Shown piece by piece: positions 57,370 to 64,000 of a DNA stretch of 64,000 bases; the stretch's first letter is position 1, and each line of letters begins with the position of its first letter. Below the pieces are notes generated by a model that did not search any database, had not been told where the DNA came from, and was given only the letters and a program-made list of their open reading frames with translations. A program made the position numbers and the translations under genes. Source of the DNA: a virus. The stretch lies in IMG/VR virus record IMGVR_UViG_3300045988_085064; one strand, given 5' to 3'.

Positions 57370-57509
57370 AAAATCACCTCTAATTCATTCTCTGAACTAC
57401 CATATATCCAAAGCGCCCAATCGCGCTCAGTTGGCTCATATTTATCATCCCATACTTCTGGTTCTGTATCTTCCGATACATACCAGTTATAACTCATTTC
57501 GCTCCACAA
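57366..57509 (-). CDS. Hypothetical acidic mini-protein (47 aa)
   Basis: TTG start after AAGGAGGTGG. Its stop overlaps the RNAP start (TTGA). Confidence 0.35.
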   Translation of the reverse strand: MWSEMSYNWYVSEDTEPEVWDDKYEPTERDWALWIYGSSENELEVIF

Positions 57510-57591
57510 TTTATTACCACCTCCTTGAGCTTAATGCTATTATATCATATAATTGTATAAGTAAATACTAACGTATTTACTTATTTACTAT

Positions 57592-57620
57592 ATTATACCA
57601 TATATTTATCACTTTGTCAA
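57592..57620 (-). promoter_or_regulatory. Sigma70-type promoter for the RNAP operon
   Basis: Minus strand: TTGACA (57620-57615), a 17-nt spacer, TATAAT (57597-57592). Confidence 0.55.
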
Positions 57621-57644
57621 GTAGTAAAATAAAAAATTTTTCTA

Positions 57645-57673
57645 TTGACATTACATACTTTCTATGCTATAAT
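57645..57673 (+). promoter_or_regulatory. Sigma70-type promoter (divergent, upstream copy)
   Basis: TTGACA at 57645-57650, a 17-nt spacer, TGcTATAAT ending at 57673. Confidence 0.55.
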
Positions 57674-57691
57674 ATCTAGTATATATAATTA

Positions 57692-57742
57692 CAATTTAAC
57701 TATTATCTACTTCATATTCATTCGTAGATAATAGTTAAATTG
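57692..57742. repeat. Perfect 19-bp inverted repeat with 13-nt spacer
   Basis: CAATTTAACTATTATCTAC (57692-57710) and GTAGATAATAGTTAAATTG (57724-57742). Confidence 0.8.
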
Positions 57743-57773
57743 ATGTGAAAAATCAATTTGTTAAAAATTATGC

Positions 57774-57802
57774 TTGACAAGTGCAAATTGATGTGATATA
57801 AT
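57774..57802 (+). promoter_or_regulatory. Sigma70-type promoter for the 57.8-61.3 kb block
   Basis: TTGACA at 57774-57779, a 17-nt spacer, TGaTATAAT ending at 57802. Confidence 0.6.
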
Positions 57803-57823
57803 CATAGCGTGAGGTGAAAATAA

Positions 57824-58015
57824 ATGAAAAAATATGATAAGGTGTTAAATGCGGTAAAAGAAATTGTTGACTTTTGTAAGAAGCAACCAGGATACCAAAA
57901 TTGCATATTTAGAGAATTTGGTGCAGATAGCTGGAATTGTCATATTTATGCTTTTGATATACAAGAAGTTTTGAGAAATATTGAAGCAAAAAAGAGAAAT
58001 AATGGGTACTTGTAA
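57824..58015 (+). CDS. Hypothetical small protein
   Basis: 63-aa ORF after GAGGTGA. Confidence 0.4.
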   Translation: MKKYDKVLNAVKEIVDFCKKQPGYQNCIFREFGADSWNCHIYAFDIQEVLRNIEAKKRNNGYL

Positions 58016-58224
58016 TGCCAAGAACAAAGAAAATTAACGCCGTAGTCCAATATGGTAATACTGGTTGGATTATCAATGATTGCGGCAATGGGAAATTTGA
58101 GCTATATAATACCAGCATCAAGCAGATTTTAGCAAAGAGCAATAATCCATTGGATTTTGATAAGCATATAGATAAAATTTTTGGTAAGGAGGCAGCTAGG
58201 CGTGTTCGATATTTTCAGACTTAA
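58015..58224 (+). CDS. Hypothetical small protein
   Basis: 69-aa ORF with a TAATG-type junction. Confidence 0.4.
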   Translation: MPRTKKINAVVQYGNTGWIINDCGNGKFELYNTSIKQILAKSNNPLDFDKHIDKIFGKEAARRVRYFQT

Positions 58225-59362
58225 TAAGAAGAAAGCGGCGATTGAAGAAAATATTGCTCTACTTGAAGCCAAGCAAAAAGCAATGCAAGAAAAAATCAAA
58301 GCACTGGATGAACTAACTACAGTTAGACAGAATAAAGCTAATTGTGCTGAAATTGCTGCAAAAGAAGCCCAATCTGTTCTTAATGCTCTAAAGGGTCAAA
58401 TCCATACCATTGAAGAAATGCAGGATTATAATATTCCATATTATCAAGATTCTCTAGATGAGCTTGAGCATAGACGATATAATCTACAGAGCAAAATTGA
58501 ATCTGCTGTAAACGCTGGATTATATCGCATTAAGCAAGGATATACACTAAACGGCTCGGATAAGCGCGGTAAGGAAATGCAGGATGTGTATGGGCGTGGA
58601 TTGATTTACAGTTGCAACGCATATATTGACAACAAAGAAAAATCCGTAACAATAGGCAATATTGCTAAGAGCAAAGAATTGATTAAAAATAAATTTAATT
58701 CTTATCAATCTAAGGCAAATAAAGTCGGATTGGCGCTTAATGCCGAATATGTAAAGGCGCGGCTTGATATGCTTGATATCAACTTAGCTATCAAAGTAAA
58801 GCAGAAAGAAGAAAAGGCGCGAATCCGTGAAGAAAAGCGCAGATTGAGAGAACAAGAACAACTGCTTGCTGATATTGCTAGAGAACGAGCCAAGTTGCTA
58901 GAAGAAAAGAAGGCAATGAATATTGCGTTTGATAAAGCATTGACAGATGATGAGCGTAATAGGATTAAATCTCAATTAGCTAGTATTGACAAACGGCTTG
59001 ATTCTATTGCTTATCGTGAGTCACATAGCAAGGCTGGTTGGCTATATGTTATTAGTTCTCCTAGTCTGCCCGGATTGGTGAAGCTAGGTTGCACCAGAAG
59101 ATTGAATCCCACATTGAGGGTGCGCGAACTTAGCTCAAGCAGCTTGCCAGAGCCATATCATGCTCATTGCTTTGTGTTCAGTGATGATTGCTTTGAGCTG
59201 GAAAATAATATTCATAAATATTTTGACAAAGAACGGGTCAACCCAGATAGAGAATTTTTTAGAATTGAGCCCAAAGAAGCTATTGATGTACTGCGTAAAG
59301 AATTTCATGTAGATGTCCATTTTGTAGATGAAGATTGTGATGAAAATGAGGAGGATGAATAA
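58202..59362 (+). CDS. DUF4041-like coiled coil + T5orf172 (GIY-YIG-related) domain protein
   Basis: Long coiled coil, then GWLYVISSPSLPGLVKLGCTRRLNPTLRVRELSSSSLP..F..ENNIHKYF...REFF. GTG 58202 after AAGGAGG is used as the start. Confidence 0.55.
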   Translation: MFDIFRLNKKKAAIEENIALLEAKQKAMQEKIKALDELTTVRQNKANCAEIAAKEAQSVLNALKGQIHTIEEMQDYNIPYYQDSLDELEHRRYNLQSKIESAVNAGLYRIKQGYTLNGSDKRGKEMQDVYGRGLIYSCNAYIDNKEKSVTIGNIAKSKELIKNKFNSYQSKANKVGLALNAEYVKARLDMLDINLAIKVKQKEEKARIREEKRRLREQEQLLADIARERAKLLEEKKAMNIAFDKALTDDERNRIKSQLASIDKRLDSIAYRESHSKAGWLYVISSPSLPGLVKLGCTRRLNPTLRVRELSSSSLPEPYHAHCFVFSDDCFELENNIHKYFDKERVNPDREFFRIEPKEAIDVLRKEFHVDVHFVDEDCDENEEDE

Positions 59363-59364
59363 AT

Positions 59365-59904
59365 ATGACAAGAAAAGAAAAGGTTGATGTACTTGAACGG
59401 TATTGCGACCATTGTGGTGACACTTGTGATAAATGTGAATTAAAAAATATGTACGATAAAGAAACGGACGAATTTACAAATAACTATACTTGTGAATTTA
59501 ATGAAATGGATGATAAGATGCTTGATAAAATCTATGATTGGTATAAAGAATTAGACTCAGTTGCTTGTGAAAATGCTGAGGTTGAATGGTGTGAGAAAGA
59601 ACCTGATGACCTCAAGTTGCATATTGAGCCAAAAGTAATACGACATCGTGCAATCTGCCAGAAGCTAAATCAGGTATATAAAGCAAAGAATCATGACTAT
59701 GGCGATTCATTTAGTGATACATATAAAAAGCTCGGTATTATTAGTGCTGTGACCCGTCTTAGTGATAAGATGAATCGGCTCATGTCGCTTGCTGTATCAC
59801 ATGATGCTCAGGTTAAAGATGAGAAGATTGAGGACACGTTACTCGATATGGCTAATTATGCTATTATGACATTGATAGAATTGGGATATGAGGTGGACGA
59901 ATGA
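59365..59904 (+). CDS. Cys-rich N-terminal domain + DUF1599-type domain protein
   Basis: KAKNHDYGDSFSDTYKKLGIISAVTRLSDKMNRLMSL...IEDTLLDMANYAIMTLIEL matches the DUF1599 pattern (KN.DYG...R..DK..R...L...D...Y). Confidence 0.5.
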   Translation: MTRKEKVDVLERYCDHCGDTCDKCELKNMYDKETDEFTNNYTCEFNEMDDKMLDKIYDWYKELDSVACENAEVEWCEKEPDDLKLHIEPKVIRHRAICQKLNQVYKAKNHDYGDSFSDTYKKLGIISAVTRLSDKMNRLMSLAVSHDAQVKDEKIEDTLLDMANYAIMTLIELGYEVDE

Positions 59905-60218
59905 TGGCTGAATATATCGGATGCAGAGAATGCGACTCTCCTTATTGCAAAGGTTGTAATCTTAAAAATTTGGAAACGATGCTTCGCAACGGAAAGTTTG
60001 ACTGCATAATGAATGGAAACCGTTGCATCAATACAGCCGCCGATGTTGCGCCGGTGAGGCACGGGAAGTGGGAATGGCTTGGACCAAACATGCTTGTACG
60101 AGGATGTATGTGTGGTACGTGTTCTGCCTGCAAAGTAAGGAGCAAGTACATCGTCAACACGGCACTTTGCCCTCACTGCGGCGCGAAGATGGACGAATGT
60201 AATGAATCAGAGAACTAA
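59901..60218 (+). CDS. Cys-rich hypothetical protein
   Basis: 105 aa with an ATGA overlap and multiple CxxC motifs. Confidence 0.4.
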   Translation: MMAEYIGCRECDSPYCKGCNLKNLETMLRNGKFDCIMNGNRCINTAADVAPVRHGKWEWLGPNMLVRGCMCGTCSACKVRSKYIVNTALCPHCGAKMDECNESEN

Positions 60219-60618
60219 GCGCGGTATTGAATCGGCTTGTAGAGCGAGTAAAGAATCTGAATTTCCAAGATACCATCTTGGCGCAGCTCTGTACTATAAG
60301 GGCGTGTTGCTTGCTACAGGATGTAATAGTACAAAAACAAGCCCATTGCAAAAACGGCTTAATGCAGAGCGTGAATTTGACCCTAATCAGAGCGGCGTAG
60401 TAAATTCGCTCCATGCTGAAATCAGGGCATTGAGCAAAGTAAAATATCTGGATATTGATTTTAGCAAATCAACGCTCTATGTATATCGTGAATATGCAAA
60501 TGGAAATAAGGCAATGGCGCGTCCATGTCCTGCTTGTATGAAATATATAAAAGAATTGGGAATTAAGCATATTTGCTATAGTACGGCCGATGGAATTGCT
60601 GAAGAAAGGATTGATTAA
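60202..60618 (+). CDS. dCMP (deoxycytidylate) deaminase
   Basis: Zinc-binding motifs HAEIRAL and PCPACMKYI. 138 aa. Confidence 0.75.
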   Translation: MNQRTKRGIESACRASKESEFPRYHLGAALYYKGVLLATGCNSTKTSPLQKRLNAEREFDPNQSGVVNSLHAEIRALSKVKYLDIDFSKSTLYVYREYANGNKAMARPCPACMKYIKELGIKHICYSTADGIAEERID

Positions 60619-61290
60619 ATGGGAACTGATATTAACATGATTGCCGAGGTGCGGCGTAATGGTGTATGGGAGCTATCAACTGCAAAAGTCTTTAAGAATC
60701 CATACTATGAACCAGCTTCGGACAAGAAATGGGCTATGGAAGAATATGTGAGTCAACCTGATGATAGTCGAAATTATGATTTGTTTGCTATTCTTGCAGG
60801 AGTTAGAAATGGCGAAGGATTTGGTGGATGTAGAATTGGTGAACGATTCAAGCCAATTGCTGAGTTAAAGGGATATCCTGATGATATGTCTAAAAATGAT
60901 ATGTGGTTTGGCGGTGCATATGGTTCTTGGCTCACACTGAGAGAGTTGCACGAATATGATTGGGAACAGCTGCATAGAAAATATGGTTATGTTGATAAAG
61001 CCACATATCGTGATTATATCATGAAAGGAAAGCAACCAAATTTCTATAGTGGTGATGTAGGGGGATGCAATATTGTCAAGCTAACCGAGCCAGAAATGGT
61101 TGATTTAATCAATGACGAATATCCAAGAGATGAATCGAAAAAATATTATACCGCTTGTTATTTTGCGCCAATCACATATAGAGAATGTGCGGGTTGGTTC
61201 TATGATGAAACAATGGAAGGGCTGAGACGGCTTATTCCAGATAATGGTACAGAAGATGATGTGCGTATCGTATTTGAATTTGATTGCTGA
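60619..61290 (+). CDS. Hypothetical protein
   Basis: 223-aa ORF. No motif recognised. Confidence 0.4.
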   Translation: MGTDINMIAEVRRNGVWELSTAKVFKNPYYEPASDKKWAMEEYVSQPDDSRNYDLFAILAGVRNGEGFGGCRIGERFKPIAELKGYPDDMSKNDMWFGGAYGSWLTLRELHEYDWEQLHRKYGYVDKATYRDYIMKGKQPNFYSGDVGGCNIVKLTEPEMVDLINDEYPRDESKKYYTACYFAPITYRECAGWFYDETMEGLRRLIPDNGTEDDVRIVFEFDC

Positions 61291-61320
61291 AAAGATTGAT
61301 TGATACAATTGAATAAAATG

Positions 61321-61371
61321 AAATCTGCCCCAAGACCCTATATATGTAGGGAATAAATTGGGGGCAGATTT
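61321..61371. terminator. Bidirectional terminator between convergent genes
   Basis: AAATCTGCCCC (61321-61331) pairs with GGGGCAGATTT (61361-61371). Inner CCCTA/TAGGG pair. T-run follows. Confidence 0.65.
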
Positions 61372-61372
61372 T

Positions 61373-62413
61373 TTATTGTTTGCACTTTTCACTAGCAACT
61401 AAATCCTTGAGCTTGTCGCTCTGCTTATTGTTCATATTGATGTCAACAAATTCGCGCCGCTGCTTACCTGTAATGCAACTAAGCTGACTGGTTTGAATAA
61501 TCTTAGCGCACGCCTCTTTATTGATTTTCTCAAAGCTGGGATAATGCTCATAGACATCTAAGAGCCGATTAGCAATCCATTCCTTTGTAGCTGGCTTGAT
61601 GATATAGACCTCTTTGACTTTGATATATTCGCCACCAAATGCCTCTTGGGTTAATTGAGCAAGCCGCGCCTCAAACGCCTTATATTGCTCTGTAGACACA
61701 TATGGCTTGTAGACCCTATTGTCTATGACTTTGCCCCAATTCGGCGGCATTATCTCATTGACGGCTTTAGAATAGATAGATAGGCAAGTCTGATGATCTG
61801 CGCTATCTTCTGGCACATCGTAGGTTTCGAGCCATGTTTCTTTGCCTTCTGGATTGAACCGCTGCTTATAGAGCCGATAGCCTCTATTCAGGTCAATAAC
61901 ATAGCGGTTCTTCATGGTTAGCAATTTGCGCCTTGTCCATTGAGCTAGGATATTATATACAATGCCATTGACTAAGCTCATATATCCATAATGCTCTGAA
62001 TTTTCTACGGCTTGGCTATATGTATAGCTGAAATTATCATTGACCTCTTGAAACATTCTGAGCAGATTGCTGGTTGATGCATATATGGTGGCGCAGTTTG
62101 TCTTGAGAAATATTTGATAAAGGGCGGCTTCAAATGCGGCTTGATATGAATCTTTATCTAGCTCATTGATAAGGGCATCTGCTTCAGGATAGACCTCTTG
62201 GACGATATAGCGAGTGGGATGCTCTAGAGCATCTAGTTGGCAATAATTTCGAACTTTATCTAGTTGGGAAATCTTTGTATTACCAGATCTAGTTGGAATG
62301 TCTAATGCACAACATAGTTCACGATATTTCAATTTGCGCCCTTCTATTTTAATAAGTGCATCGACTAGTTTGCCATCTTCATTGGATGGCAGATATTTTA
62401 TTTTGTTTGGCAT
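61373..62413 (-). CDS. Hypothetical protein (possible regulator; unknown family)
   Basis: Start moved to ATG 62413 (MPNKIKYLPS), after AAAGGAGAA. 346 aa. Repeats and a palindrome lie upstream. Confidence 0.4.
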   Translation of the reverse strand: MPNKIKYLPSNEDGKLVDALIKIEGRKLKYRELCCALDIPTRSGNTKISQLDKVRNYCQLDALEHPTRYIVQEVYPEADALINELDKDSYQAAFEAALYQIFLKTNCATIYASTSNLLRMFQEVNDNFSYTYSQAVENSEHYGYMSLVNGIVYNILAQWTRRKLLTMKNRYVIDLNRGYRLYKQRFNPEGKETWLETYDVPEDSADHQTCLSIYSKAVNEIMPPNWGKVIDNRVYKPYVSTEQYKAFEARLAQLTQEAFGGEYIKVKEVYIIKPATKEWIANRLLDVYEHYPSFEKINKEACAKIIQTSQLSCITGKQRREFVDINMNNKQSDKLKDLVASEKCKQ

Positions 62414-62430
62414 ATTATTCTCCTTTTCTA

Positions 62431-62519
62431 TTTTTGTACTTTGAGGTAAAATTTTTGTACTTTGCGTGACACTATAATAATACTGACGTATTATATTAGT
62501 GTCAGCGAAAGTACAAAAA
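62431..62519. promoter_or_regulatory. Operator-like repeats and palindrome upstream of the 61373-62413 gene
   Basis: TTTTTGTACTTTG at 62431-62443 and 62452-62464, with an inverted near-copy at 62507-62519. An imperfect 17-nt-arm palindrome TGACACTATAATAATAC/GTATTATATTAGTGTCA lies between them and contains TATAAT on the minus strand. Confidence 0.45.
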
Positions 62520-62605
62520 TTTATCATCATCTTATTATACCATATTTCAATCAGCTATTTGTTAACAAATTGTAAATTATTAAAATGTAAATGGTATTAT
62601 GAGTT

Positions 62606-62722
62606 GTTTGATTTGTTGTGTGAATAATGATATAGTTATAGTATGTGCGGTTTGATGAAATATACGAAGCTGTAGTTTGATATTTGGATAATGATATATT
62701 GTTACGGGTTGTGTGGTTTGAT
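62606..62722. repeat. Four GTTTGAT repeats within two longer degenerate direct repeats
   Basis: GTTTGAT at 62606, 62650, 62675 and 62716. (G)ATAATGATATA recurs at about 62626 and about 62688. GTTGTGTG occurs at about 62615 and about 62709. Confidence 0.6.
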
Positions 62723-63223
62723 GTGCTACAACCGAGAATTTACCGGTTAGCTTTGGCTAATCCATAACCTACCCCCGGGGCTAGTTTTAATACGCTAAAG
62801 CGGTTAAAAACGCCTGAAAATAGCACTTTTCTACCGTAGTTTGAACATTTTAGGAACAATTACTATTTTAGGGCTTTTCCCTGGGGCTGAGCTGATCGGA
62901 TCGGAACAGCTACGTTCATTATATCGGCAGGCGATATATTCAAGCGATACGCGTTAGGTGTATCACGCTTTTTACACAACACACTCTGACACACATATAG
63001 ACACACTCTCCAACACATCTTTCACCCCTACACAATAAAATAATAACTATATCTATTACAATACTAAACATAATAGTATAACTACTATAATATATAACTA
63101 TATATACAAAATGTACAAAACCAACATAGAAAATTTATGCAGTATGTCAATAGATAAATAGCATATAATCTGCTATAGTATAGGCAAGCTGCAAGGCGAT
63201 AATATTATATGGAGGTTATCACG

Positions 63224-63385
63224 ATGAAAAACAATTGTAAAAGCTATGACCCCGAAACCGGGCTGTACGCCTCCCGGTATTACGCGCAAAAGGACGCGAC
63301 CGGAGACGAAGTTGTAGTCAAGGTTTGCGGCGGATATAAGATCATATCTGCCAACGATTATAACATATGGCGCAAACAAAGATAA
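63224..63385 (+). CDS. Hypothetical small protein (53 aa)
   Basis: ATG 7 nt after GGAGG. Visibly higher G+C than the bulk of the window. Not in the ORF track because it is under 60 aa. Confidence 0.45.
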   Translation: MKNNCKSYDPETGLYASRYYAQKDATGDEVVVKVCGGYKIISANDYNIWRKQR

Positions 63386-63391
63386 CACTTT

Positions 63392-63430
63392 TCCCGGCTG
63401 GCCGTCATAGCTGGTCGGGATTTTTATTTT
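63392..63430 (+). terminator. Rho-independent terminator
   Basis: TCCCGGCTGG...CTGGTCGGGA stem (with G-U pairs) followed by TTTTTATTTT. Confidence 0.55.
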
Positions 63431-63487
63431 GTCAATCTGCATAAAATCAGCTGCGCTTTTTTGTGCAATATTTTTATAATGGGCGGG

Positions 63488-63516
63488 TTGACTTTTCCGG
63501 AATTATGCTGTATCAT
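63488..63516 (+). promoter_or_regulatory. Sigma70-type promoter
   Basis: TTGACT at 63488-63493, a 17-nt spacer, TATCAT at 63511-63516. Confidence 0.45.
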
Positions 63517-63542
63517 ATAGCCATGCAAGGGAGGTGAACGAC

Positions 63543-63677
63543 TTGCAAGAACAGTACAAAGGATTTACAATCCAGGAATCCGAAAGTGTCTATTATATCC
63601 GAGACGCAAGTGGCAAAATTATAGCAAAGGTCGAGACAGAGAACGCCGCGCGTGAATGGGTGGACGAACACAAGTAA
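63543..63677 (+). CDS. Hypothetical small protein (44 aa)
   Basis: TTG start 9 nt after GGGAGG. Followed by the hairpin GGCGGGA-GAAA-TCCCGCC. Confidence 0.4.
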   Translation: MQEQYKGFTIQESESVYYIRDASGKIIAKVETENAAREWVDEHK

Positions 63678-63735
63678 ATAGCAAGGCGGGAGAAATCCCG
63701 CCAAACTATAAAACAGAAGGGTATAAAGATAAAAA

Positions 63736-63945
63736 ATGATTTTGATCGAATTTCTTAATATGTTCTATCAATTGGGAACTGATATTAATAAAATTGTACT
63801 TTGGCAAAATGGAAAATGCCTGAGTAATAAAGACGTTGGGGATATAAGATACATCCGCCAAAGATACAGAAATGCAAAAGTTAAAAAGTTCTCTTTCCCC
63901 AAAAAATCCCATGCGTTATATGTAATTTTGGAAAATGACAACTAA
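63736..63945 (+). CDS. Hypothetical small protein
   Basis: 69-aa ORF. No motif recognised. Confidence 0.3.
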   Translation: MILIEFLNMFYQLGTDINKIVLWQNGKCLSNKDVGDIRYIRQRYRNAKVKKFSFPKKSHALYVILENDN

Positions 63946-64000
63946 AGAATTTCGCAGACAGTTTGAAAATTAACATATGTTAGGGAGGAACAAAAAAAAT

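Noticed and set aside
61373-62530. Lysogeny module (integrase/repressor) or the long N-terminal extension of the 61373-62530 ORF
   Set aside because: No tyrosine or serine recombinase motifs were recognised anywhere in the window. The first 39 codons of the track ORF overlap operator-like repeats and lack an SD, whereas ATG 62413 follows AAAGGAGAA.
62600-63060. Possible CRISPR array or tRNA genes in the repeat-rich non-coding region
   Set aside because: The repeats are only 7-13 nt, irregularly spaced and degenerate, so there is no repeat-spacer periodicity. I found no cloverleaf or GTTCRANNC T-loop here or in the other non-coding stretches (35210-35520, 36300-36640). A tRNA scan would be needed to be certain.

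Overview
The window is almost entirely one large tailed-phage or prophage genome segment. By eye it is about 35-40% G+C, with dense packing and many TTG/GTG starts and ATGA/TTGA/TAATG stop-start overlaps. All homology calls come from motifs I recognised by eye; no searches were run. GC statements are hand counts or visual impressions. Layout: (1) 1-19.9 kb, plus strand, is a replication, recombination and nucleotide-metabolism block. It holds a PolIII-alpha-like polymerase (5' end outside the window), a Sak4-like ATPase, a DUF669 SSB-like protein, DnaB-like helicase, primase, a RecJ-like DHH exonuclease, Dam-type methyltransferase, RecD-like helicase, a HAD-like phosphatase, class II RNR, a ThyX-like protein and dUTPase. 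It is punctuated by near-consensus TTGACA-17-TATAAT promoters. (2) 19.9-57.5 kb, minus strand, is a late block headed by a YonO-like single-subunit two-barrel RNA polymerase and two HU-like proteins. These are followed by a metallophosphoesterase, terminase, portal, head genes, tail genes, a tape-measure gene, fibres, holin and endolysin. (3) 57.6-61.3 kb, plus strand, is an early/accessory block (DUF4041/T5orf172, DUF1599, dCMP deaminase) behind a divergent promoter region. (4) 61.4-64 kb holds a minus-strand unknown gene, a repeat-rich non-coding stretch and small GC-shifted genes. The gene set (PolIII-alpha, DnaB, RecJ-like, YonO/HU) recalls the SPbeta-type architecture of Firmicute phages. 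Most notable observations: the tape-measure gene is split into three pieces by two paralogous structured intervening sequences (intron-like). One carries a PD-(D/E)xK-type endonuclease; the other carries its own promoter plus two mini membrane proteins. The terminase large subunit has an in-frame TAG near its 5' end. A roughly 1 kb GC-rich foreign module replaces the C-terminal part of a tail fibre and adds two small genes. The RecJ-like gene lacks a canonical start. No tRNA, rRNA, CRISPR array or integrase was recognised.
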